Source of the DNA: Thermoplasmata archaeon
Lineage (GTDB): Archaea; Thermoplasmatota; Thermoplasmata; Thermoplasmatales; GCA-001856825
DNA length: 64,000 nucleotides
Assembly (NCBI GenBank): GCA_021792255.1
Contig: JAJYUZ010000001.1
Span: 384,001 to 448,000, forward strand
Direction: 5' to 3'
Both the position numbers and the translations under genes were made by a program. Positions 50,352 to 60,063 of this stretch are shown piece by piece. Numbering within the stretch: the stretch's first letter is position 1; every line of letters begins with the position of its first letter. The notes under the pieces are model-generated. The model searched no databases. It was not told the DNA's origin and saw nothing but the letters and a program-made list of their open reading frames with translations.

Positions 50352-51741
50352 AGATCTTTCCCCTGTTCAGCAGATTTTTTGGATCTATGGTAGTCTTAAT
50401 GGACTTCATTAGTTCCATCGTTCCTGGTGAATTTTTGAGTCTAAATTCTTCCTTGAGCAAGTCCTTTTTTTCCATTCCGATACCGTGTTCCGCGGATACA
50501 CTTCCCGCGTGCTTTAGTGAAATCATCCCCAACTCCTTTTGGAAACGTTCTACGCTCTCCACCTTTTCCTTGCTTGAAAGATCCACAAAGATGTTTGCGT
50601 GTATATTTCCGTCCCCTATGTGACCGAAAATTGCGGCTCTGATTGCAAACGATTCCATGGATTCCTTTACTTCTTTCAGGGTAGCGGGCAGTTCTGAAGT
50701 TGGTACCACTATGTCGCTCAAAACGACACGCTCTGAAGTCGATTTCCGTTGCGAAAGTATCGAAGAGTATAGCCCTTTTCTTGCCTCGTACATTTTCTGC
50801 ATTTCACTTTCGTCAGTGGTTACCTTGACCGAAATTGGATGAAATTCTGATAGCATCGTTGCAACCTCTTTGAGTTGTCTTTCGAGAGATTCTTTTGTAG
50901 ATGCGATGTCTAATAGAAGCATATAGTTGGTTTTCTCGGGGAATTCTATCTCCTTTGTTAGCCTTATAGATTCGAGCGATATTCTGTCCATGAATTCTGC
51001 CACTTGTGGATTTATTCCCTTTCCCTTGATTGATGCAACCGCCTTTCCTGCGCTTTCTATGTCTTCAAAATAGGAGAGGACTCTTCCTACCTTTTCTGGC
51101 TTAGGCCAAATCTTTAAAATGGCCTTGGTCATAATTCCGAGAGTCCCCTCGCTTCCAATCAGTAGGGCCGTGAGATCGTACCCAGCGCTTCTCTTGAGAG
51201 TCATTCCGCCCATCTGCACGATCTCTCCATTGGGCAGTACGGCCTCTATCCCAAGCACCCAGTCCTTGGTGACCCCATACATTGCTCCCCTGAGTCCTCC
51301 AGCGTTTGTTGACAGAGACCCGCCAACAGTGCATACTCTAGAGCTCGCAGGGTCTGGTGGATAGAAATGGTCATATTTTGACAAAAACTCGTTCAAGTCG
51401 TCTAACCTGACTCCCGACTCCACGAGTGCGTATCTGTCCTCAACCTTGACTTCCAAAATCTTGTTGAACTTCGAAAGACTGATTATTACTCCGTTGCCAT
51501 TGAGAACTGATGACCCTGTCAGGGAAGAGCCACCGCCCCTTGCCGTCATCTGCACATCGTTTTCATAGCAGTACTTCATTATTTGAGACAGTTCTTGGAC
51601 GCTTTCTGGGATGACAACAGCTAGAGGGAAGTCACCTTGGTGCTCTGATGCATCTCTCGTGTAAGGAATCATTTCCTCTTTGGAAAAAAGAACGTTATTT
51701 CCTGAAATTCTCCTCAATCCTGAAGAAATATCCATTCTCAT
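50341..51741 (-). CDS. GlcD-like FAD-linked D-2-hydroxyacid (D-lactate/glycolate) dehydrogenase
   Basis: RGGGSSLTG, YPPDPAS, NAGG, GSEGTLG, GHIGDGNIH, AEHGIG motifs. Confidence 0.9.
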   Translation of the reverse strand: MRMDISSGLRRISGNNVLFSKEEMIPYTRDASEHQGDFPLAVVIPESVQELSQIMKYCYENDVQMTARGGGSSLTGSSVLNGNGVIISLSKFNKILEVKVEDRYALVESGVRLDDLNEFLSKYDHFYPPDPASSRVCTVGGSLSTNAGGLRGAMYGVTKDWVLGIEAVLPNGEIVQMGGMTLKRSAGYDLTALLIGSEGTLGIMTKAILKIWPKPEKVGRVLSYFEDIESAGKAVASIKGKGINPQVAEFMDRISLESIRLTKEIEFPEKTNYMLLLDIASTKESLERQLKEVATMLSEFHPISVKVTTDESEMQKMYEARKGLYSSILSQRKSTSERVVLSDIVVPTSELPATLKEVKESMESFAIRAAIFGHIGDGNIHANIFVDLSSKEKVESVERFQKELGMISLKHAGSVSAEHGIGMEKKDLLKEEFRLKNSPGTMELMKSIKTTIDPKNLLNRGKIFDV

Positions 51742-51953
51742 CTGGAATTAAGATTAATTCAATAAGTTTACGATTATGAGTACCTCTGCGTTATTTATTT
51801 GACCCCATTAGATGGAAGAGGACTGAAATGGTCCACTCATCCTCGAATTTTAGAATTGTTCAGATCTGACGTCGACATGAATTTGTTCTATGGCTCCGGA
51901 GGAATCAGGTTGATCTGACCGGTGGGCTAAGTATATTATTCAGGTCATCATAT

Positions 51954-53099
51954 TTGCTTATGAAGAAGATACCGGCGTTGCTAGTGACAGTTATATTGAT
52001 TGTGTTGACCCTTTCCATAACAAATTTTGTTGCCCCTACGTATTCTTCTTTAGGTCACAGCGACAATGGAAATTATCCGGCCGTCTCTCAGGCATCTTAC
52101 TATAATGGCACAAAGGCGGTGGACTATGGGCTTATGGTTCACACCGATTACATTCACAAAGCGTACTATCCAGCAGGAATTAATCAGTCGATTCTTCAGA
52201 AGAACTTGGATTACTTTAATTCAGAGGACTGTGCCCATTTTGTCTCGGAATCTCTAATCGCGGGAGGACTCACAGTGTTGGCAAGCAATCCACCGGGGGA
52301 CAATTTGACCAGCTACGATCAAGGATACTTTGGGAACGGGAGCTATGGAATTGTAGGAGTATACAGACTCGCTGATTGGCTTGCGGGATACGACCTGCCA
52401 ATCTTCCCTAACAATGCTACGGACGAGCAAACTATCGGATATTATCCAATCCCAGCGTCCTACGCTGGCAGCCCACAAGCGACCATGTTCTATGTTTTCA
52501 ACTATACGATGTTCCCATCATATTTCCTTTCACCGGGTGACGTGGTCATGGATGGAGGCGCGGGAGGCGGTCACGCAATGCTATACATCGGAAACGGACA
52601 GGTTGTCCAAACGGACCCCGCTGCGATATGGAATTATTCCCCTGCCGTGGACAATAATATCACTTTTTATGGTATATTGAGCTACTTTGGAAAGAATGTT
52701 TCTTCGCTGTACGTTCATATTCCTACTTTTGGTGAAAAGAGCGTAAGAATATCGGTACTGAACGACAATACGAACATAACAGGAAACCTCTCTGCAGTCA
52801 AGGCTGGAGAAAAACTGACGTTTATTGGCTCTTTCCCGAACGGAGTTGGTGAAGGGAATTACACCTATCAATGGATCGTTAACGGAAAATCAATGTCCAA
52901 TAGTCAGTTCTTTAACCTCACTCCATCATCGGGAACGTACAACATTGAAGTCGTATCCACCGGTTCAACTGGATCTGTAAATACGTCTATGTCATTTACG
53001 ATTGGTGGTAGTTCAACAACGACAACCATTCTGGTTGTTGGATTGGTAATTGTGGTAGCAGCTGTCTCTGCAATATTCCTCTTCAAAAGGAGAAAATGA
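51954..53099 (+). CDS. Secreted, membrane-anchored Amidase_6-like (NlpC/P60/CHAP superfamily) hydrolase with PKD-like domain
   Basis: Signal peptide; DCAHFVSESLIAGG (cf. DCxNFVSQxLxAGG); PGDVV...GHAMLY; PKD-like NYTYQW; C-terminal TM and FKRRK tail. Confidence 0.7.
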   Translation: MLMKKIPALLVTVILIVLTLSITNFVAPTYSSLGHSDNGNYPAVSQASYYNGTKAVDYGLMVHTDYIHKAYYPAGINQSILQKNLDYFNSEDCAHFVSESLIAGGLTVLASNPPGDNLTSYDQGYFGNGSYGIVGVYRLADWLAGYDLPIFPNNATDEQTIGYYPIPASYAGSPQATMFYVFNYTMFPSYFLSPGDVVMDGGAGGGHAMLYIGNGQVVQTDPAAIWNYSPAVDNNITFYGILSYFGKNVSSLYVHIPTFGEKSVRISVLNDNTNITGNLSAVKAGEKLTFIGSFPNGVGEGNYTYQWIVNGKSMSNSQFFNLTPSSGTYNIEVVSTGSTGSVNTSMSFTIGGSSTTTTILVVGLVIVVAAVSAIFLFKRRK

Positions 53100-53182
53100 G
53101 TTGGCGATTGGTGAAAGAGAACTTCGCGCGCATAATACCTCTCGAATGAGGAAGGACAAGCTTACTCTAGATACGGTGAAGT

Positions 53183-54319
53183 ATGAAGACTAGCGAAACG
53201 TATGCATTCTCTACGATATATACCGGACAAGGGATAGTCCACAGGGGATTCCTGAAGATAATCGACGGATCGATTGAGGAATTAGGTGAGGCTCCTCAGA
53301 ATTCCATTGACCTCACGGATAGGATTGCAGTCCCCGGATTCATAGATATACACACTCATGGAATTAATGGAATCGACTCCTTCAACCTGACGAAGACAGA
53401 GCTCCTAGAGTGGAGCCAATTGTTACTAGAAAGGGGGACACTGGGATTTGTGCCGACTATCGTTTCTGCTCCTATTGAGAAGATAAAGGGTTTCTTGGGA
53501 GTCTTAAAGAGTTCTGAAGGATCTGAAAACGGAGCCGAAATAATTGGAGGAAGAATGGAAGGGCCCTTCATAAGTCATGTCAGGAAGGGAGCACACGATC
53601 CGTCTTTACTCAGAGTTCCTGCGAATACCAATTTTCAAGCAATCTTGTCGCAATTCAAAGGAATTCTTAAGATTGTAGACATTGCACCCGAACTGGACGG
53701 AGCTGGAGAGCTAATTTCAGAACTGGTCAGAGAAGACGTGGTGGTATCAATCGGTCACACGGATTGCGATTCCGTCACCGCGAAACGCGCATTTGCCTTG
53801 GGAGCGACGCTGGTGACGCACCTGTACAATGCGATGCGACCATTTCATCATCGATTCCCCGGGGCAATTGACTTCGCATTGTTAGAGAAGAATGTTATGG
53901 CAGAGATTATCTGTGATCTCGTTCACGTATCTCCTGAAGCAATCAAACTCGCCATCAGTAATAAAGGAGCAAAAAGAATTGTGCTTATTACTGACTCGAC
54001 GCCAGCAACTGGCAGGCCCGATGGAAAATACAAACTAGGTCGACTTGATGTTCTAAAACAGGGAGATAAGTGCACGATAAGTGGGACAGAGACGCTGGCA
54101 GGAAGTGTACTCACCATGGATAGAGCAGTCAAGAATCTAGTAGACTTAAAATATGATCTGGATGAGGTGGTCAAGATGTCTTCAAAAAATCCTGCTACCT
54201 TACTCGGAAGGAAAGACTTGGGCAGTATAAAGAAAGGGAAAAAGGCCAATATTACAATTCTGGACAAATCCCTAAGAGTAAGAGGTGTCGTTTCCAGGGG
54301 TGCGCTGATAGAGTTCTAG
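53183..54319 (+). CDS. nagA: N-acetylglucosamine-6-phosphate deacetylase
   Basis: PGFIDIHTHG, EGPFI, KGAH, GHT, THLYNAM, DLVHV, ITDS, LAGS. Confidence 0.94.
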   Translation: MKTSETYAFSTIYTGQGIVHRGFLKIIDGSIEELGEAPQNSIDLTDRIAVPGFIDIHTHGINGIDSFNLTKTELLEWSQLLLERGTLGFVPTIVSAPIEKIKGFLGVLKSSEGSENGAEIIGGRMEGPFISHVRKGAHDPSLLRVPANTNFQAILSQFKGILKIVDIAPELDGAGELISELVREDVVVSIGHTDCDSVTAKRAFALGATLVTHLYNAMRPFHHRFPGAIDFALLEKNVMAEIICDLVHVSPEAIKLAISNKGAKRIVLITDSTPATGRPDGKYKLGRLDVLKQGDKCTISGTETLAGSVLTMDRAVKNLVDLKYDLDEVVKMSSKNPATLLGRKDLGSIKKGKKANITILDKSLRVRGVVSRGALIEF

Positions 54320-54353
54320 TAATGTCTAATATTATGTTGGCTATGCGATAATC

Positions 54354-55196
54354 ATGCCTGAAAGGGAAAGATTGCCAGACACCGAAAAGTCAAATCCTAG
54401 AACAACGAACATCCCTGAACTTTCAACCTATGAAATCGTCAATCTGATTCATTCGGAGGACATCAGTGCATTTAGAGCCATTGACGGCACAACAAGACCC
54501 ATTTCTAAAGTCATAGATTCTTGTTTCAAAAAACTAATGATGGGTGGAAGGGTTGTGTATGTTGGATCTGGCACCAGTGGCAGAATCGGAGCACAAGACG
54601 CGATTGAAATGTGGCCAACGTATGGACTGGGTAAGGAGACATTTGATTATGTGATAGCAGGAGGTGAACGAGCCCTGACCAGGTCAATCGAAGGTGCAGA
54701 AGACTCAAGAGAAAGTGCGGTAGAAATGATCGAGAAGAAAAACATTACTGCTAACGACTGTGTAATAGGTATTACCGCATCTGGCCGAACGCCATTCGTG
54801 TTCGGAGCTTTGGAGAGCGCATCTAAAAAGGGAGCCTATACCGCTGCGATAGTGAATTCGAGAAATTCTCCATTGAAGGAAGTATCGAGAAATGTCATAT
54901 TCCTGAACACGGGAGAAGAAGTCATCCAGGGATCAACGAGAATGAAAGCTGCGACCGCTCAAAAGATGGTTCTGAACATAATCAGCACATCTCTTGCAAT
55001 CAAACTGGGACGAACTTACGGAAATCAAATGATTCATATGAAGGCGTCTTACAATGCAAAGCTAAGAAACAGGGCAGTCAGAATTCTAGCACAAAGGTTC
55101 GATATTTCTGTGATCGAAGCAGAGAAGAGACTCAAATCGCACAAGTACAACTTGAGCGAAACAGTAAAAGAGCTGGAACAGGTCAAGAGAGATTGA
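54354..55196 (+). CDS. murQ: N-acetylmuramic acid 6-phosphate etherase
   Basis: TEKSNP, GSGTSGRIGAQDAIE..PTYG, IEGAED (both catalytic Glu kept), ASGRTP, GSTRMKAATAQKMVLN, GNQM. Confidence 0.92.
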   Translation: MPERERLPDTEKSNPRTTNIPELSTYEIVNLIHSEDISAFRAIDGTTRPISKVIDSCFKKLMMGGRVVYVGSGTSGRIGAQDAIEMWPTYGLGKETFDYVIAGGERALTRSIEGAEDSRESAVEMIEKKNITANDCVIGITASGRTPFVFGALESASKKGAYTAAIVNSRNSPLKEVSRNVIFLNTGEEVIQGSTRMKAATAQKMVLNIISTSLAIKLGRTYGNQMIHMKASYNAKLRNRAVRILAQRFDISVIEAEKRLKSHKYNLSETVKELEQVKRD

Positions 55197-56265
55197 GGAA
55201 TACCGTGTTGTGAAAGAGCCTCCTCAATCTTAAATTCTTAATATTCTCCCTCGTAGGATATACCCTGTTCGTCAGGAGAATACACGCCAACTTCATGTCA
55301 GAATTAATGCATATAGAGGTCCCCGTAAAACCAGTATGGCCGAAAGTACCGTATGGAGAAAATTCTCCCATGAAACCGTTGAAATCAAATGACTCGCTCT
55401 TTACTTCCGGCACTGGCACCTTCGTCATCCAACCCAGTCCAAACATTCCACCAAGATGTGCATTCTTATTCCTCGTTGCCAGTTCCCAAACACTCCTCTG
55501 TAGAAGCTCTCCATTCGCGAGAGAATGAATTATCCTGTTTATCTCTGAAGCGGTCGAAAATAGGCCCGCGTGTCCAGCGACCCCTCCGAGATAGTAAGAC
55601 TTTTCATCGTGCACTTTCCCCCACACCAAACCTCTTTCTTCTGTAACTTCGGTAGGAGCTATTCTTTCCTTGCTCTGATGGGGGTTAAATCCCGAGTTCT
55701 TGAGTCCGAGTTTTTCCGCTACTTCGTGTTTCCAAATCGTGTCAAGGGGCTTGTTGTGCAGTTCTTCCAGTACGAACCCGAGAAGTATGTAATTCAGGTC
55801 GCTGTAAAGCTCCTTCTTGTTCACAGTCGCCTTTTCTGCTTCTACTTCGATTCCAGAAAGATATGCCCTTCTGTCTCTTCCCGCGGTGTAGAGAGGTTTG
55901 TCTGGTATGAGCCCTGAAGTATGAGTCATCAGATTTTCTATGGTAAATTTCCCCAGATTCGGGAATTCTCCAAACAACCCGATATCAGCTATCGAATCCT
56001 TTAAGGATATCTTCCCTTTTGCGAGAAGCCTGCACATCAGCAGGGACGTCACCAGGGGTTTCGTTAGCGATGCTAGATCGAATATCGTGTCTTTGTTGTA
56101 GCTGAACCCCAGTTCGTCGATTTGTCCAAATGCGTTTTGATAAAGGACCTTTCCATCGAGAGAAACGAGGGCGCTCAAACCCCTTGTGGAGGAAGGTACA
56201 TTGTCGTGCAGCACCGAGTCGATTTCAGTGGAAAGCTTCTCTTCATCAATGGTACTCATATTCAA
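55183..56265 (-). CDS. Beta-lactamase-fold serine hydrolase, AmiE/YbbE-like (putative MurNAc-L-Ala amidase)
   Basis: FDLASLTK (SxxK), HTSGL, YSD, GKVHDE...GGVAGHAGLFS, GHTGFTG, LTNRVYP; no signal peptide. Confidence 0.8.
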   Translation of the reverse strand: MNMSTIDEEKLSTEIDSVLHDNVPSSTRGLSALVSLDGKVLYQNAFGQIDELGFSYNKDTIFDLASLTKPLVTSLLMCRLLAKGKISLKDSIADIGLFGEFPNLGKFTIENLMTHTSGLIPDKPLYTAGRDRRAYLSGIEVEAEKATVNKKELYSDLNYILLGFVLEELHNKPLDTIWKHEVAEKLGLKNSGFNPHQSKERIAPTEVTEERGLVWGKVHDEKSYYLGGVAGHAGLFSTASEINRIIHSLANGELLQRSVWELATRNKNAHLGGMFGLGWMTKVPVPEVKSESFDFNGFMGEFSPYGTFGHTGFTGTSICINSDMKLACILLTNRVYPTRENIKNLRLRRLFHNTVFLNLS

Positions 56266-56312
56266 CTATCTTCTATTGGTATTATAATCATTCTGATTTC
56301 AGCTCCTTCGAA

Positions 56313-57212
56313 TCACCTTGGTTTTAATAGATCCTTTTTCATTATTGTGAATCTTCTGGTCACCTTGAAACCAAATCTTGAATAGAGGTGAGTGGCCCGT
56401 TCGCTTGTCCACAAAAAGTAAGCGTGCTTCAGACCCAGCCCCTTCATGTTGTTCAACAATTGGGCTAGGATCAGTGCCCCTATCCCCTTTGATCTCTCTT
56501 TGTCCTCGACGCCGAATGGACCAAACCTTTCCCCCGGGGAGTACCACATGTCGCCCCTTCCAGCAGAAAACATTCCATAGCCAACTATTCTCCTTCCGAT
56601 TCTTGCAATCACAACTTGATCCTTGATTCCCATTTCAGCGACTCCCTTTGCACGATAGTAACAGTCGGAATTGAAGTTCTTTTCCACGAACGAAAGGAAC
56701 TTGGCCTCTTCACCTTGTCTGAGGGAGGAAACTTCAAACTCACTCGGCTCTATTTCTAAGTGCTGCATCTTTCCAATTTCTGCTTCCATGGAAATAGCCT
56801 CTTCGTGTGGGACGAAACCCAGCCTACCCAGTTCCCTTGCCAGCGAACGATACCTAACGGCGTCCACTCCTGGCATCAAGTAATTTGGTACCACATTAGA
56901 GTAGTATACCGTTTTCACTTTTCTATTGAGGAATTCTTCAAATTGCAAGTCCATTAATTTTCCAAAATTCTTCCTATCCTTGAATCCGCTCCCGAAGAAC
57001 CACCCCTTGTCGCTCTCGGAGGATTCGTAGTAGAATTTCTTCTTCCTAGTTACAGCGAGCGAGAATGCATCTTCCAGTGTAATCGGTAAAATGGGGTTCA
57101 AGTATTCGTCCTGAAGAAAGCTTCTTCGGATTTCCCGAGTCGTCACCGGATCGAGGCTATAAAATGAATTCCACTTTTTTTGAATTTCTTCTGCAGAATC
57201 ATTCTTACTCAT
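56313..57212 (-). CDS. GNAT N-acetyltransferase, probably tandem-GNAT (GlmA-like)
   Basis: C-terminal FGPFGV...RSKGIG acetyl-CoA motif, LYSRFGF; PNYLMPGV motif. Confidence 0.75.
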   Translation of the reverse strand: MSKNDSAEEIQKKWNSFYSLDPVTTREIRRSFLQDEYLNPILPITLEDAFSLAVTRKKKFYYESSESDKGWFFGSGFKDRKNFGKLMDLQFEEFLNRKVKTVYYSNVVPNYLMPGVDAVRYRSLARELGRLGFVPHEEAISMEAEIGKMQHLEIEPSEFEVSSLRQGEEAKFLSFVEKNFNSDCYYRAKGVAEMGIKDQVVIARIGRRIVGYGMFSAGRGDMWYSPGERFGPFGVEDKERSKGIGALILAQLLNNMKGLGLKHAYFLWTSERATHLYSRFGFKVTRRFTIMKKDLLKPR

Positions 57213-58218
57213 AGAGATAGCACGCCACTAGGTGGTCTTTTTCAACTTCTCTGAACTTAGGCCTCTCCTTCCTGCAGTTGTCCATTACGAATGGACACTT
57301 GTTCGCGTAACTGCATTCATTTTTCCCCTCGTTGACGTATTCAGATATCTGTCCCTTTGACTCGTCCAAATTCCACTTCTTCTTGGGATCGGGGACAGGT
57401 ATTGAATCTATCAGGGACTTAGTGTATGGATGCATGGGGTTGTTTATGATCCTGTCAGATTTGGCGACTTCCACCAGCTGACCGAGATGCATGACCGCAA
57501 TTCTATCCGAGACATATTGAGTGACTGCAATGTCGTGTGAGATGAACATCATTGATTTGCCAAACTTGCGTTTCAGATCCAGAAGAATATTTAGGATGTC
57601 GGCTCTCAGTGAAACATCAAGCATAGAAACTGGCTCATCGGCGATGATGAAGTCCGGATTGTTGATTACCGCCCTGGCTATACCTATTCTTTGCCTTTGA
57701 CCGCCACTCAGTTGGTTCGGGAATTTATTCAGGAACTGTTCCGCTGGTGTCAGGCCAACCATTTCTATGGTCTCGATCGCCTTATTCAGAACTTCTTCCT
57801 CTTTCAGTTCCTTGTGAAACACTCTGAGAGGCGTAACTATTGATTTATAGACTGAGATCACCGGGTTTAGAGAACTGTATGGGTCCTGGAAAATCATCTG
57901 TGTCTTTTCCCTGAAACCGAACAGCTGGCGCCCTGTGTATTTCATTATATTGTTACCATTGAAAATTATTTGTCCGGAATCGACGTCCATTAACTTCAAC
58001 AGCGCAAGTCCTAGAGTCGTCTTTCCACTGCCGCTCTCCCCTATGAGTCCGAAAATTTCGTGCTCTTTGATCTGCAGTTTGACCTGGTCCAGGGCTCGTG
58101 TTGTCCTGCTCTCTCTCCTTATGATCCCTCTCTTGTTGATGAAATCCTTCGTGAGTTCATTAGTTTCGATCGTACTACTTTCCATCAGATCACCTTCCAT
58201 AGAGATGACACGCGGCAT
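57205..58218 (-). CDS. Opp/Dpp-type ABC ATPase (OppF-like)
   Basis: GESGSGKT, FQDPYSSLNP, LSGGQRQR, DEPVSMLD, HPYT, C-terminal Cys motif. Confidence 0.93.
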   Translation of the reverse strand: MPRVISMEGDLMESSTIETNELTKDFINKRGIIRRESRTTRALDQVKLQIKEHEIFGLIGESGSGKTTLGLALLKLMDVDSGQIIFNGNNIMKYTGRQLFGFREKTQMIFQDPYSSLNPVISVYKSIVTPLRVFHKELKEEEVLNKAIETIEMVGLTPAEQFLNKFPNQLSGGQRQRIGIARAVINNPDFIIADEPVSMLDVSLRADILNILLDLKRKFGKSMMFISHDIAVTQYVSDRIAVMHLGQLVEVAKSDRIINNPMHPYTKSLIDSIPVPDPKKKWNLDESKGQISEYVNEGKNECSYANKCPFVMDNCRKERPKFREVEKDHLVACYLYE

Positions 58219-59161
58219 AGTGTCCCTGTGAAACCATTTTCAATTCTGGCACCTCGTTCTTACACCTGTCGAATACGCTGTCGCACCTGTCCTTGAATGG
58301 GCATCCTTTAATTTCCTCTGAAAGATCTGGTGGAGTTCCTCTGATTCCCTTGACGGACTTCTCTTGTTCGAGAGATGGAATCGAGGCCAGTAGGGCCTTT
58401 GTATATGGATGCTGAGGACTGTCGAAGATTTCGTTAGATGGTCCACTTTCTGCAATCTTACCCGCGTACATCACATTGACTTTGTCTGCTATGTTAGCCA
58501 CCAGAGAAATATCGTGCGTAATGAAGATCAGTGAAATTGAAAGGTCATCCTTTAACTTGAGTAGCCTCGTCAGTATCTGTCTCTGAACCACTACGTCAAG
58601 GGCAGTCGTGGCCTCATCTGCTATTAGAATCTTAGGATCACAAGACAATGCCAGTGCTATGTTGACTCTTTGTTTCATCCCACCGCTCAACTCGTGAGGG
58701 AAAGATTTTCTAACGTTCTTGGTGAGCCCCGCAAGTTGAAGCATATAGTCGATCCTCTCGTCCACCTCATCTTCCTTGTACCCGTGTTCAACCATAACGT
58801 CCCCCATCTGATCCTCAATTCTCATTACTGGATTTAGTGAGTTCATAGCACTCTGGAATATCATAGAGACTTCTTTCCATCTGTACTTTCTGAGCGCGGA
58901 TGGTTTCATCTTTAAAACATCAGACTTCCCCTCACTCCCGTAGTACACAACTTTTCCACCCTTGATTTTCCCCGGATATTCGAGGAGTTTAAGGAAGGTC
59001 ATTGCCAGTGTGGATTTACCAGATCCGCTTTCACCCACTATCCCAATCACTTCTCCCTTGTTGACATCAAGACTGACGTGTGAAACGGCTTTTATTGTCC
59101 TATCAGGAAGTACGTAGTCTACGGAGAGATCGACCACTTCCATAATCGTTGAAGTCGTCAT
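58190..59161 (-). CDS. Opp/Dpp-type ABC ATPase (OppD-like)
   Basis: GESGSGKS, FQSAMNSLNP, LSGGMKQR, DEATTALD, HPYT. Confidence 0.93.
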   Translation of the reverse strand: MTTSTIMEVVDLSVDYVLPDRTIKAVSHVSLDVNKGEVIGIVGESGSGKSTLAMTFLKLLEYPGKIKGGKVVYYGSEGKSDVLKMKPSALRKYRWKEVSMIFQSAMNSLNPVMRIEDQMGDVMVEHGYKEDEVDERIDYMLQLAGLTKNVRKSFPHELSGGMKQRVNIALALSCDPKILIADEATTALDVVVQRQILTRLLKLKDDLSISLIFITHDISLVANIADKVNVMYAGKIAESGPSNEIFDSPQHPYTKALLASIPSLEQEKSVKGIRGTPPDLSEEIKGCPFKDRCDSVFDRCKNEVPELKMVSQGHYAACHLYGR

Positions 59162-60063
59162 TTCCCATTCCCCTTTGAAGCTTTTGAAATTTCGTATATC
59201 GCATTCGATAGGAAATTAGCGCCAATTCCCAATATCACGATCCCCAATCCCGGGGGAAGTAGCCACCACCATGCTCTGTAAACGATTCCATCTTCGGCCT
59301 GGAAGAAATATAGCATGGTCCCCCAGTTCACAGACCTTAGGTCTCCAAGACCAAAAAAGGCAAGACCAGCTTGAGCTACTACTCCACCGACTGCCAAGAA
59401 TATCGCATTGATGAAGATTATAGGAAGGAGGTTCGGAAGGATATCTCTGATAATAATCTGCATTCCATTCAGCCCCGAGAGCTTTGAAGCCATGATGTAT
59501 GGTCTTTCTTTGAGAGACAGTGTTTGCGATCTTACTACCCTAGCAAGAAAAGGCCAACTCAAGATCGAGAGGACAAAAATCGTAGTTTCCAGAGTCGGTG
59601 GGAGAAATGCGGAAAGTATGACGAGCAAAGGAAATCCCGGGATCACCAGCAGAACGTCTACTGCCCTCATCAGTACGTCGTCGACCTGTCTTCCAAAGTA
59701 TCCTGCCACCACTCCAACTAGAACTCCTATGAAAGCAGAAAGGAGCGCGATGCTTAATCCCACGACCAGAGATGTTCCAGTACCGATGAGGAACCAAGAG
59801 AATATGTCAGCCCCTTCGTAATCGGTACCTAGCAGGTGTTGATAACTCGGTGGTTGGAAGGCTAGAGAGTTAGTGTTATAGGGCGAATACGGAGCAAAAA
59901 AGTATCCGAATATCGCAAGAAGACCCAATGCCGTCAGAATTATGAGACCCGCCCGTCCTTTTTTGTGCGACCATACTCCCTTCATGAAGCTCCTGAACCT
60001 GTTCATCGGGCTATTGCTTGCCAACGCCCTTTGTATTTCTTCCGCTCTTGCTTCGGACATCAT
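59158..60063 (-). CDS. Opp/Dpp-type ABC permease (OppC-like)
   Basis: HLLGTD, ARVVRSQ, WGTML, WWWLLPPG. Confidence 0.92.
   Translation of the reverse strand: MMSEARAEEIQRALASNSPMNRFRSFMKGVWSHKKGRAGLIILTALGLLAIFGYFFAPYSPYNTNSLAFQPPSYQHLLGTDYEGADIFSWFLIGTGTSLVVGLSIALLSAFIGVLVGVVAGYFGRQVDDVLMRAVDVLLVIPGFPLLVILSAFLPPTLETTIFVLSILSWPFLARVVRSQTLSLKERPYIMASKLSGLNGMQIIIRDILPNLLPIIFINAIFLAVGGVVAQAGLAFFGLGDLRSVNWGTMLYFFQAEDGIVYRAWWWLLPPGLGIVILGIGANFLSNAIYEISKASKGNGK

Noticed and set aside
55183-56265. Antibiotic-resistance beta-lactamase
   Set aside because: No signal peptide, AmiE-subfamily motifs and a MurNAc-catabolic context; the host has no expected beta-lactam target
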